Below, piece after piece: positions 8,981 to 17,992 of a DNA stretch of 64,000 nucleotides. The translations under genes were made by a program, and so were the position numbers. This DNA is from Vulcanimicrobiota bacterium (GTDB lineage Bacteria; Vulcanimicrobiota; Xenobia; Xenobiales; JADMJV01), in the NCBI GenBank assembly GCA_050250895.1, contig JBFWNU010000001.1:3712149-3776148 (forward strand). Direction: 5' to 3'. How positions within the stretch are numbered: the stretch's first letter is position 1; each line of letters begins with the position of its first letter. The notes beneath the pieces were generated by a model. It did not search any database. It saw nothing but the letters and a program-made list of their open reading frames with translations, and was not told the origin of the DNA.

Positions 8981-10369
8981 ATGCAGACCTGTTTTACTCT
9001 CGACGACGTGTTGACGCCCGATGAGTGTCGGCACTTCATCCAGGCCGCCAGCTATCGTCCCACCGGTCAGGACTATCCTGCCAGCTATCGCGACAACGAT
9101 CGGCTGGTGCTCGACGACCCGGGCCTGGCCGAGCGGCTGATGGAGCGGTTGCGCGCCCATTTGCCCCCGGTGTGGCCAGCTCCGGGAGGAGGCCAGTGGC
9201 AGCTCGATCGACTCAACTCCCGCTTTCGCGGCTGCCGCTACCGTGATGGCCAGCAGTTCTCACGCCACCGCGACGGAGCCTATTGCCCGGATGCCTATCA
9301 CCGCAGTTTCCTCACCGTCATGGTCTATCTCAATGAAGGCAGCGAGTTCGATGGGGGCTCGACCCGCTTTTATCCCGACCGGTGGAGTTCTCAGCCCTGT
9401 CTGACGGTTGCCCCCCGCCGCGGTACCGGGGCCGTCTTCGAGCACTCGTTCTGGCACGACGGCCAGGCGGTGAGCCGGGGCACCAAATACGTTCTGCGCA
9501 CCGACGTGATCTATCGCAGTCAGACTCCTCAGGCGGGTCATCTTGGCTATGTCTGGGACCTGCTCGAGCTACCCGATGGGCGCATCGCCAGCGCTTCGCG
9601 CGACCAGACCGTGAGGTTGTGGAACCGTGACCTCGAACCGTTGGCCGTGCTCGCCGGGCACCAGGCTTCGGTGACGGCCCTGGCCTGGTTCGGTCAGCAG
9701 CTGTGGAGCGGAGGCCGGGATCGCCAACTCATCCGCCGGGATTCGAAAGGCCAGCCGCTGCACAGCTTTCAAGCCCACGGGGGGGCAATCCTGACTCTCC
9801 TGGCCAGCCCCGACGGGTTGTATAGCGCGGGGGCCGACGCCAGGGTCTGCCTGTGGTCCGAGCGGGGCGAGTTGATCGCCAGCTTTGCTTGCCCGAGCTG
9901 GCCCTGGGCGCTGCTGTTGACGGACGAGGGGCTGTGGGTGGGCTGCGAGACGGGTCATCTGCGCCTGCACCACCCTCGCAGCGGCCGGTTACTGCGGGAA
10001 TGGCTCAGTCCTTCGGGAGTGCTCAGTCTGGCCGGCGACGGCCCGAGGCTGCTGGCTGGCTGTCAGGACGCGGTCATTCGAGCCTTCGCTCCCGATGGCA
10101 GCGCGACTTGCCTGGTGGGCCACCGGGGCCCGGTTAGCTGCCTGGCTCGCTCGCCCCGGGGACTGCTCTCGGGCGGGCAAGACGACGGCATCCGCCTGTG
10201 GTCGGGCCAGTTTTCGCAAGAACTCGGCCGGCGCGGGGACTTCGTGCGCAAAGTCTTACCGCTGGCTGACGGCCGGCTGGTGAGCGCCGGCTATGATGGT
10301 CTGGGCCTGCTAGCGTGGCCAGGCCACATGCAGGTGGGTGGAATGCCCACGATGGCCGGGTCCGAGTAG
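8981..10369 (+). CDS. 2OG-Fe(II) oxygenase (prolyl-4-hydroxylase-like) fused to WD40 repeats
   Basis: HRDG...WHDG...KYVLRTD metal/2OG ligands; repeats GH..YVWDL..ASASRDQTVRLWN, GH.ASVTAL, SAGADARVCLW, SGGQDDGIRLW. Confidence 0.88.
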   Translation: MQTCFTLDDVLTPDECRHFIQAASYRPTGQDYPASYRDNDRLVLDDPGLAERLMERLRAHLPPVWPAPGGGQWQLDRLNSRFRGCRYRDGQQFSRHRDGAYCPDAYHRSFLTVMVYLNEGSEFDGGSTRFYPDRWSSQPCLTVAPRRGTGAVFEHSFWHDGQAVSRGTKYVLRTDVIYRSQTPQAGHLGYVWDLLELPDGRIASASRDQTVRLWNRDLEPLAVLAGHQASVTALAWFGQQLWSGGRDRQLIRRDSKGQPLHSFQAHGGAILTLLASPDGLYSAGADARVCLWSERGELIASFACPSWPWALLLTDEGLWVGCETGHLRLHHPRSGRLLREWLSPSGVLSLAGDGPRLLAGCQDAVIRAFAPDGSATCLVGHRGPVSCLARSPRGLLSGGQDDGIRLWSGQFSQELGRRGDFVRKVLPLADGRLVSAGYDGLGLLAWPGHMQVGGMPTMAGSE

Positions 10370-11692
10370 CTCGGTCGCGCCGATTTTGCGGGCGTCGCGC
10401 AGAAAGGCCTTCCAGTAAGGGTTACTGGCGTTGACGGGGCGGCCGTTGATGCGGTCGATATCGAAACCTATGCCGGAGTAGTGGCGCGAAGACCGGCTGT
10501 GGCTTCCGCCCGCGATCTCGGTCACGCGGAACTTGTATTTCTTGCTCAGCTCCAGCATGCCCTTGAGCATCTGGGGGCTCAGCTTGACGTTGCCGCCGGG
10601 GGCGTTGCCATACCGGCTTCGGTTTACGGCGCCGCCGTTGGCCGCCGACTTGATGTTGGCCAGGGCGTTAGCGTCGTCTTTCACGCCGCTGACATGGCTA
10701 CCCAGCAGGTCGATGCGGTCGGAGTTGAGGATGCGCTGGGCCAACTGGGCAGTGGTGCCGCTGGTATCCACATCGGTCTGATCGACCTTGCCGCCCTGAT
10801 CGGTGCCATTGGGCTTGCGCCCGCCCGAGGGTGGCTTCTCGCCGTTTAACACCGCCTGGGTGTCGGGGCCCACCACTCCGTCGGGGTCGAGGTTGTGCTT
10901 TTTCTGGAAGTCGCGCACGGCCCGTTCGGTATCACGCCCGAACTTGCCATCGACATCGATGTCGGCTCCGTTTTTCTTGAGCAGCTCCTGGAGCTGAGTG
11001 GTCCTTTCGGCATCGGGTTGGCGACCTCGGCCCAGACGCTGGCCCTCGCCCAATTCGAACTTGGACGCAGGCTTGGGCTCTTGGCCAGTGGTCTGGCCCT
11101 GGGTCTGATCAGGCTTGACCTCGGGGGTCGCGCCCTGAGCTTGCTTGGCCCCCAGCCCGTTGAGCTTGCCCTGCGTTTCGGGACCGACGATCCCGTCGAT
11201 CTTGATGCCCTGTTTTTTCTGAAAGTCGGCCACCGCCTTCTGGGTGTCGCGTCCATAGATGCCGTCGACATCGAGGTCCTTGGCGCCGTTTTTCTTGAGC
11301 ATCTCCTGGACGGTGCGGGTCTGGTCGGCGTCGGCCTGGCCGCGCTTGAGCAATTCTCCGTCCTTGAGCTGCAGCTGGGGGGCCTGCGGAGCATCGGCCT
11401 TCTGAGGAGTGGTCTGGCCGGCCGGAGCGTCGGTCCTGGCTTTGTCGCCAAAGCCAAGGGTGTCCATGGCTTTGTCGTAGGTGGTGCTGGCCCAGTTCAT
11501 GATGCCACCGACCAGGCTTCTACCCTCGGTGCTGGGCGCTTTGCCGGGGCCATCGACCTTGACCTTGTCGGTGGCGCCGGCCTGAGTCCTGGGAGCCGTC
11601 CCAGCCTGGCGGGGCCTGGTGGTGGACGCGGTGGCCGGTCGGCGGGTGGGTGTCGGCGGGGCCTTCTTTTGGACGGTGGGGGATTTGGACAT
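10310..11692 (-). CDS. Protein with two peptidoglycan-binding domains and a C-terminal M15-like Zn peptidase, no signal peptide
   Basis: Two DGIYG..TQKAV.DFQKK..I.IDGIVGPET-type domains; HSRSSRHYSGIGFD...HLHVAW; AGGAG RBS before ATG 11692. Confidence 0.85.
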   Translation of the reverse strand: MSKSPTVQKKAPPTPTRRPATASTTRPRQAGTAPRTQAGATDKVKVDGPGKAPSTEGRSLVGGIMNWASTTYDKAMDTLGFGDKARTDAPAGQTTPQKADAPQAPQLQLKDGELLKRGQADADQTRTVQEMLKKNGAKDLDVDGIYGRDTQKAVADFQKKQGIKIDGIVGPETQGKLNGLGAKQAQGATPEVKPDQTQGQTTGQEPKPASKFELGEGQRLGRGRQPDAERTTQLQELLKKNGADIDVDGKFGRDTERAVRDFQKKHNLDPDGVVGPDTQAVLNGEKPPSGGRKPNGTDQGGKVDQTDVDTSGTTAQLAQRILNSDRIDLLGSHVSGVKDDANALANIKSAANGGAVNRSRYGNAPGGNVKLSPQMLKGMLELSKKYKFRVTEIAGGSHSRSSRHYSGIGFDIDRINGRPVNASNPYWKAFLRDARKIGATELLGPGHRGHSTHLHVAWPR

Positions 11693-11720
11693 CGAACGCT
11701 CCTGAGGGGGGTTTGTATTC

Positions 11721-11783
11721 ACACTATCAGGAGCGTTTGGATTCGTTTTTGGGATCGGCTGGCAGAATGTTAAATCTTTGTTA
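11721..11783 (-). promoter_or_regulatory. TAACA-N6-TAACA box plus candidate -10 element
   Basis: Minus strand TTAACAaagattTAACA (half-sites start 11783 and 11772); TGaTAGTGT 46 nt downstream. Confidence 0.55.
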
Positions 11784-12336
11784 AAAGCCCGCCGGCCATG
11801 CGCCACACCGCCTCGAAGGCAAATCCGACGGGCACCAACTCCGGGGCGGCCGAGGCCAGTTGATAGCACCCTTCGATGGCGGCCAGAATGGCCACAGCGT
11901 CGGTTTCGGGACGAGGGGTCAAGGCGGCCAGAATGGTCTCGAGTTCAGCCTTCTGCTCGGCCAATAATTGTTGATAGACGGCGGCCACCTCGGGTTGCCG
12001 CAAGGCCTCGGCCCCGATGCTGACCCAGCATGCCACGGCTTCGGGATCGGCATCGGGGCCCCGGGCCAGCCGGGCCTCGATAAAGGCCCGCAGCTGCTCC
12101 TTGGGGTGGTCGGCAGGCTGTTGGCGTGCCCGCACCTGCTCCCGGAGTTCGGCAATCAATTCGAGCAAAATCGCTTGCTTGGAAGCGAAGTGGTAGTGGA
12201 CCAGACCCGAAGTCAGCCCGGCCGCTCTGGCAATGGACGCGATGGTGGCTTTTTCATAGCCCCGCTCGGCCAGCACCTGACGCAAGCCGGCCACGATCTG
12301 CCGGCGCCGGCGGTCGGTATTCTTGGGGCGGGGCAT
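11770..12336 (-). CDS. TetR-family (BetI-like) transcriptional regulator
   Basis: RRRQIVAG..VLAERGYEKATIASIARAAGLTSGLVHYHFASKQ helix-turn-helix. Confidence 0.92.
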   Translation of the reverse strand: MPRPKNTDRRRRQIVAGLRQVLAERGYEKATIASIARAAGLTSGLVHYHFASKQAILLELIAELREQVRARQQPADHPKEQLRAFIEARLARGPDADPEAVACWVSIGAEALRQPEVAAVYQQLLAEQKAELETILAALTPRPETDAVAILAAIEGCYQLASAAPELVPVGFAFEAVWRMAGGLLTKI

Positions 12337-12375
12337 CGCCGCGCCTTCGCGACTTGGAGGGATCTCTCCTCACTT

Positions 12376-12417
12376 TCACGGACCGTTAACATTTGGCCCT
12401 TCCCGCCCCGTTAGGCT
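12376..12417 (+). promoter_or_regulatory. Degenerate TCACG-N6-TAACA box plus candidate -10 element
   Basis: Half-sites at 12376 and 12387; TAGGCT at 12412. Confidence 0.4.
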
Positions 12418-12435
12418 GAGGCCGAGGTACAGGTC

Positions 12436-13161
12436 ATGCAAGTTTTCGGAAGCGCCCAGCAGTGGTGGGCCCAAAACGTCAGCGGCGGTCGTTCGGATTT
12501 CGCCAGTCAGGCCGGTAAAGGCGCGGCCATCGGCGGCGGAGTCGGTGCGGCCGTGGGAGCGGCTGCGGCTGCCCACAATGTGCTCGCGGATCAGCCCTAT
12601 TTCGACTCGGTCACCCACCTCACCCCCAGGGCCGAGTTGGGTCCGGCTGCCACTCAGGTCTTCGGCGCCGACACCGCACGGCTACTCGAGCTGGTGCGCT
12701 CTCGTTCGGGAGATACGACTTCGGCCGACGATAGCCTCAAATATCTGGCCTATCTGCAGAATCAGACCCCGGCCACCTCGCCCAACGACCTGACCGGCAT
12801 CTACAACGCGCTCGAAAATCAGTTGAGTGACGACACCCAGGTGCGCTCGGCCCTCAACCTGATTACGGCCCACGTGGCCAAGCACGGCTCGTCACCGGTC
12901 GAGGCCTTTCGCCAATTCGTGCACCACACCCAGTGGGAGACCGACTTCGAGCGGGCGGCCGATAGCTTTGCCCGGGCCAGCAAGCTGGGCCAGGACGACC
13001 TCAACGAGGTCTCGGTCGAGCTGGTCCAACGCCACACCACCGCCCTGGGCCATCTGGGTCTGGCCCGCGGCGTGCTGCTGGGGGCCGGGGCCGGGGCTTT
13101 GACCGGCGCCCTGGTGGGCGGCGCCGCGGGGATCCTTATCCACGTGGCGACCAGTCAATAA
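12436..13161 (+). CDS. Hypothetical protein with glycine-zipper-like hydrophobic segments at both ends
   Basis: GAAIGGGVGAAVGAAAA and GVLLGAGAGALTGALVGGAAG; GAGG RBS; GC3-rich codons. Confidence 0.7.
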   Translation: MQVFGSAQQWWAQNVSGGRSDFASQAGKGAAIGGGVGAAVGAAAAAHNVLADQPYFDSVTHLTPRAELGPAATQVFGADTARLLELVRSRSGDTTSADDSLKYLAYLQNQTPATSPNDLTGIYNALENQLSDDTQVRSALNLITAHVAKHGSSPVEAFRQFVHHTQWETDFERAADSFARASKLGQDDLNEVSVELVQRHTTALGHLGLARGVLLGAGAGALTGALVGGAAGILIHVATSQ

Positions 13162-13179
13162 ATCCTGTAGACTGGGGCT

Positions 13180-15054
13180 ATGTCTCCCCGCCGCGGAAAC
13201 ATTCTGCTGACGGCCATCTTCATCGCTGTCTTCCTGTTTTTCGTTTCCGTGGCCCTGGTCTCGACCAATCGCGTCGACCTGCGTCTGTCGCTCAATTCCG
13301 AGCTGCGCCTGAAAGCGCGGTCGGCGGCCCGGTCGGGCGGCCACTACGCCTATGGAGTGATGCGCGCCGACCCCAACTGGCGTAGCTTGCTCGACGACTA
13401 TCAAGAGACGATGGATTCGGGGGCCACCTTCTATCTCCACATCTTCGAGTATCGCGAGCAGGGCGAGGCGGGGGTCTCCAAATACGAGATCGTCTCGAAG
13501 GGCATCCTCAACGGAGTCAGCGAGACCTATCGCATGATCGTCGAAGAGACCCGGCCCGCCGAGAACGTGGGCAGTGGCCGGGCCCCATTTCTCTTTCTGG
13601 GTCAGGGCAGCGTCATTACTCCCGACTTCAAGAACACGGCCCTGCCCGCTCCTTCTGAGGAACTGACCAACCTGGCCGCCGCCGGAGGGCCGGTCTTTGC
13701 CGCTTCAGGCAAGCTCCCCAGCGACGTCATCGTGGCCGACTTCATTCCGACTCGCCAGGACGGCAAGGTCTACGCCGGGCCGCAAGTGGTCTATACCGAA
13801 CTTCCCGATACCGAGCAGTTAGTCGAGTTGGAACTGGCCGGTTCCCAGTTTGCCTGGAGCGACCTTGAGGACGTGTCCAAAGCTCTGGCCAAGAACTCTC
13901 TCAGTCCCGAGAATCTACCCCAACCCATCGCGGCCTTGACCGTCCCTTCGGCCGACAAGTGGTCGCACATAGCTTTCGCCAATGCCGGCACCCTGGATGA
14001 GCCCAACATTCGCAAGACCGTATGGTTCGAACCCCGTCCCGGCACGGGTGGGGAACAGATCACCGTCAAGATTGCCAGCGAAGTGCTGGCCCCGTCGGGT
14101 CAGGGCCAGGAGTGGGCGTCGGTCCCCCGGCGCCAGCCGGTCGAATGGTACACGGTGCGGCCCGACGCAGGCCGGGCGGCCGTGGGCGACAAGCTGCTGC
14201 TCTTCGGCTTCCACTACATCTTTTTCCAGTATCGCGAGGGCGGCGATGCACCTTTTGGCAATCTGCTGGTGCGCTGGCCGGCGGTGCTAGCCTATAGCGG
14301 TCAGCGGTGGAGCCCTGTCTGGGACCCGCTGCAGTTAAACGGCGACAGCTATAGCGTGCAGGGCGAAGTTTATCCCGACCTCGACGTGCTGGCCGCCGAT
14401 GCCAGCGGCGTCTGGGCCACCCGAGCCCTCTCCTCGAGCGAGTTCGAGGTCTATCAGCTTAACGAGCGTCAGGCTACCCTGGTGGGGCGCTTCGAGGGCA
14501 ATCGTACCTCGCTGCTGCGCTACCACGGCCGCCTCTACACGCACGAGACGGTAGGCGAGTGGCGCGAGGACGGCAAACCCCGCTACGGCTTGCGAGCCGT
14601 GCCAGGAGGCGAGGTGCTGACCCCCTATGGAGAACTCGACGCCCGCATACCGGCTATCACGGGCTATCGCTACAGCCAGGAGCAAGGCCTGACCGAGGCC
14701 ACGCTGGACCGACGGCGCATCGTCTATGCCTCGCTCGGCGACCAGCCTTCCGCCTTCGGCACTAACGGCAAAGAACTCTGGTGTCAGGGAATCGTGCGCG
14801 AGTGGGTGGACCCGTCCACCCAGAGCGAGGCCATCTATCAGGCCAAGCCCGCGGGGATCACCGAGACCCCGGTCATTTTGCGCTACAACGGCCAACGCTG
14901 GGAGGTCTGGCCCCACGGCATCATGGCCGCCGCCGACCGCGGCTTGCAAAGCGTCACCGGTCCTGACGTGCTGCCGGCCAGTTATCCCTCTGCCCAGAAA
15001 GTGAGGTCTCGCTATGCGGTTATCGCGATTTCGGACCAACGTTTCGAAGAGTAG
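13180..15054 (+). CDS. PilX-like large minor pilin/adhesin
   Basis: MSPRRG-NILLTAIFIAVFLFF class III-like leader; KARSAARSG; first gene of a prepilin triplet. Confidence 0.65.
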   Translation: MSPRRGNILLTAIFIAVFLFFVSVALVSTNRVDLRLSLNSELRLKARSAARSGGHYAYGVMRADPNWRSLLDDYQETMDSGATFYLHIFEYREQGEAGVSKYEIVSKGILNGVSETYRMIVEETRPAENVGSGRAPFLFLGQGSVITPDFKNTALPAPSEELTNLAAAGGPVFAASGKLPSDVIVADFIPTRQDGKVYAGPQVVYTELPDTEQLVELELAGSQFAWSDLEDVSKALAKNSLSPENLPQPIAALTVPSADKWSHIAFANAGTLDEPNIRKTVWFEPRPGTGGEQITVKIASEVLAPSGQGQEWASVPRRQPVEWYTVRPDAGRAAVGDKLLLFGFHYIFFQYREGGDAPFGNLLVRWPAVLAYSGQRWSPVWDPLQLNGDSYSVQGEVYPDLDVLAADASGVWATRALSSSEFEVYQLNERQATLVGRFEGNRTSLLRYHGRLYTHETVGEWREDGKPRYGLRAVPGGEVLTPYGELDARIPAITGYRYSQEQGLTEATLDRRRIVYASLGDQPSAFGTNGKELWCQGIVREWVDPSTQSEAIYQAKPAGITETPVILRYNGQRWEVWPHGIMAAADRGLQSVTGPDVLPASYPSAQKVRSRYAVIAISDQRFEE

Positions 15055-15427
15055 CCTGGGCTTTAGCCTGCTCGAGCTGATGCTGGCCATCCTTTTCATC
15101 AGCATCGCTTTGTTCGGCTATGTGGCCTTGCACACGCGGATCTTGCATTCGGGCACTCGCCTGCAAGAGCGCGAGCTCGCTCGTCGCACCGTGGCCAACG
15201 TGTGGGCCATCGACCAGGTTCGGCTGATCAACGGGTTGCACGCCGGCGTGCGGGGTAACACCCTCGAACCCGTTCCCGACGTGCCCGACCTGCGTAAGAT
15301 CACCATGGACGCTCCCGCCCTCAATCCTTTTCCACCCTGGGTCGAGGCACCGAAGGTGCTGACCGAGGCCCTGCCTTATGAGGTCGATTGCTACATCCTG
15401 TCCAAAGGCGAAGAGCTGTCGTGGTGA
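15014..15427 (+). CDS. Prepilin-type N-terminal methylation protein (PilV-like)
   Basis: G-FSLLELMLAILFISIALFG motif. Confidence 0.8.
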   Translation: MRLSRFRTNVSKSSLGFSLLELMLAILFISIALFGYVALHTRILHSGTRLQERELARRTVANVWAIDQVRLINGLHAGVRGNTLEPVPDVPDLRKITMDAPALNPFPPWVEAPKVLTEALPYEVDCYILSKGEELSW

Positions 15428-15966
15428 AACGGGGCGTCACCCTGCCCGAACTGCTCGTCGCCATGCTCTTGTTTAGCATGGTGCTGGTGGTGGTGCTGGG
15501 CTTCTACGGTCAGGCCTGGCGGGTTTCGCAGGCGCGCGAGGAAGATTCGCGCCAGTTTCGGCGTGCCATCACGGCCCTGGACCGCATCGAGATCACCCTG
15601 CGCACGGCCAAGGTCTTTCAGGTCAATGCTAATGCCGTGGTTTTTGCCGAGTTGGACAAGCCCGAGGTCTTTCGTGGCTTTCCCAACTGGAAGGCCGAGG
15701 GGGCCTTGTTGGCCGTCATCGACGGCCAACTCTTCATCCGCCGGGGTGATGTTATCACGCCCATCGCCACTCTCGAGCCCGGCGAGAGCGTGGTCTTCTC
15801 CTATCAACGCTGGAAACCGCCGCCAGAGAAGATCGGTGAAGAGCTGCTCCGGGTCGACTGGCATTATGAGCCGCCCAAGAAGGATGCTGCCGCCTTTAGC
15901 TACAATCGGATGATTCCGATGGAACGCTACTCCAAGACCTGGGATACCGGTCAAGACCGTCAATAG
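15424..15966 (+). CDS. Prepilin-type N-terminal methylation protein (PilW/PulJ-like)
   Basis: KRG-VTLPELLVAMLLF; GTGA overlap with the upstream stop. Confidence 0.8.
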   Translation: MKRGVTLPELLVAMLLFSMVLVVVLGFYGQAWRVSQAREEDSRQFRRAITALDRIEITLRTAKVFQVNANAVVFAELDKPEVFRGFPNWKAEGALLAVIDGQLFIRRGDVITPIATLEPGESVVFSYQRWKPPPEKIGEELLRVDWHYEPPKKDAAAFSYNRMIPMERYSKTWDTGQDRQ

Positions 15967-15968
15967 CC

Positions 15969-17468
15969 ATGCAACAAGAACTTGTGCTCGATGAGCGCAG
16001 CCTGACCCTCGACGATCTGGCCGCCGTGGCCGCTAGCGAAGTCCAGGTCAGCCTGGGTGAATACCGGCGCCACCGGCTGGAAGAATCTCGCCAGAATCTG
16101 CTCGACCTGCTGGCCCAGGGAGTGCCCATCTACGGCACTTCCACCGGGGTGGGCGGCCTCTCCGAGGTGCGGCTGGCCCCCGAGGACTATCCCCGACTAT
16201 CGCGCAACATTATCCTCAGCCACGCCTGTGGCGTGGGCGAACCCCTCTCGGTCGAGGTGGTGCGGGCCATCCTGTTTGCGGCCGCGGTCAACCTGAGCCT
16301 CGGCTTCTCGGGGGTCAGGGTGGTGCTGGTCGAGCGCCTGCTCGAGTTTCTCAACCGGGGTCTGGCCCCGGTCATGCCGGCTCAGGGGTCGATCGGGTCT
16401 TTGACCCACATGGCCAGCACCGGTCTGGTGCTGATGGGAGAGGGCAAGGCCGACTACCGCGGGGCCCTCTTTTCCGGCGGTGAAGCCCTGGCCATGGCCG
16501 GTCTGGTGCCCCTCGAGCTAGCCGAGGGCGAAGGCCTCAGCCTGATCTCGGGCACCCCCTCCATCGTGGGGATCGGCGGGTTGGCAGTGGGGCGGGCCCT
16601 GCAGGTGGCCCGGCTGGCCGACCTGGCCGCCGCCTGTTCTTTCGAGGCCTTGCGCGGTAATCCATCGGCTTTCGACGAGCGGGTCCACGCCGTGCGACCG
16701 CACCCGGGCCAGGTGAAAGTGGCTCGCAATCTTCGCCAACTGACGGCCGGCAGTGCCCTGCTCGATACGGCCCGTCTGCAAGATTGTCTGAGCCTGCGAA
16801 CCACCCCCCAGGTTCACGGCAGCTCGCGCCAGACCATCGAGCGGGCAGCTCAGACCTTCAACATCGAACTCAACTCGGCCACCGACAACCCTCTGATCTT
16901 TCCGGGCCGGGCCCTGTCCGCCTGCAATGCTCACGGCGAGCCGATGGCCCAATGCCTGGACGGCGTTACGGCGGCTCTGTCTGAGCTGGGTAACATCTCG
17001 GAGCGGCGCATCGACCGCATGCTCAACTATCACGTCAGCGGTATGCCGCCATTTCTGGTGACCCAGAGCGGACTCAACTCGGGCCTGATGATGCCCCAGT
17101 ACGTGGCCGCCTACCTGGTGGCCGAGAACAAGATCCTGTCGCACCCTGTCTCGGTCGACTCGATCCCCATGTCGGCCTTTCAAGAAGACCACGTCAACAT
17201 GGGCACGATGTCGGCCCTGATGGCTTTGCGGGTGGTGATCAACGTCGAGAAGATTTTCGCCATCGAACTGCTCACCGCTGCCCAGGGCCTGCGCTTTCGC
17301 GTCCCGCTAGCACCCGGCGTGGCGGCCGCCCTGGCCAGCCAAAAGGTTTGGGAGACGGTGCCTCCGGTGGACGAGGACCGCGCGCTGGGTGAGGAGATCG
17401 AAAGACTGGCCAGCGTGCTCAGTCAGCGCCGCTGGCTAGATGAAGTCGAAGCGGCCTGCGGAATTTAG
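15969..17468 (+). CDS. HAL/PAL-family aromatic amino acid lyase homologue lacking the Ala-Ser-Gly MIO triad
   Basis: IYGTSTGVG, SHACGVG, G.SGVR, RPHPGQ, SLR..PQVHG, ELNSATDNP, ELGNISERR, QEDHVNMG. Confidence 0.88.
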   Translation: MQQELVLDERSLTLDDLAAVAASEVQVSLGEYRRHRLEESRQNLLDLLAQGVPIYGTSTGVGGLSEVRLAPEDYPRLSRNIILSHACGVGEPLSVEVVRAILFAAAVNLSLGFSGVRVVLVERLLEFLNRGLAPVMPAQGSIGSLTHMASTGLVLMGEGKADYRGALFSGGEALAMAGLVPLELAEGEGLSLISGTPSIVGIGGLAVGRALQVARLADLAAACSFEALRGNPSAFDERVHAVRPHPGQVKVARNLRQLTAGSALLDTARLQDCLSLRTTPQVHGSSRQTIERAAQTFNIELNSATDNPLIFPGRALSACNAHGEPMAQCLDGVTAALSELGNISERRIDRMLNYHVSGMPPFLVTQSGLNSGLMMPQYVAAYLVAENKILSHPVSVDSIPMSAFQEDHVNMGTMSALMALRVVINVEKIFAIELLTAAQGLRFRVPLAPGVAAALASQKVWETVPPVDEDRALGEEIERLASVLSQRRWLDEVEAACGI

Positions 17469-17497
17469 CCGCCGTGGCCGGCAGGGGGAGCGCTCCT

Positions 17498-17992
17498 CTA
17501 CTTTTTGGGTTTGCGGGAAGGTCGGGTCTGGTTGGGGCGCTCGGGCTTCTTGATTTTGATGACCCGCGATACGGGGCGACCGTTGACGAGCCAGTTGCCG
17601 TAGCCGGGCGTTCCCAGCATGAACTCGACCTGATTTTCGGGCTGGGTCAATTCGTCTTCTTTGAGGTAGAAATCTGGACCGTAGAGACGGTTCTTCTTGC
17701 GCCCGTTGATATAGAGATGGACGAATCCGAAGGCCTGGCGCCGACCCTCGAGAACGTCGAAGGGCGTGCCGATCGTGTTGGAGTCGAAATCGAAGTGGCG
17801 AACCTTCAGGTGGACGTTGATGCCGATCCTGGGATCGGGCACGGCCGAGGCAGAAATTTCGGGCCGGCTCCACTGGGAGGGAAGTTCAATATCCCGTTTG
17901 CCCTCGGCGCTCGCTGGCTGAGCCGCGACGGGGGCACCTGCCACCAGGAACAGGCAAGTCAGCAGAAGCGCCAGCACCAAACGATCAAGCAT
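17498..17992 (-). CDS. Secreted hypothetical protein
   Basis: Signal peptide MLDRLVLALLLTCLFLVAGAPVAA; VHLYINGRKKNRLYG beta-rich core. Confidence 0.65.
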   Translation of the reverse strand: MLDRLVLALLLTCLFLVAGAPVAAQPASAEGKRDIELPSQWSRPEISASAVPDPRIGINVHLKVRHFDFDSNTIGTPFDVLEGRRQAFGFVHLYINGRKKNRLYGPDFYLKEDELTQPENQVEFMLGTPGYGNWLVNGRPVSRVIKIKKPERPNQTRPSRKPKK

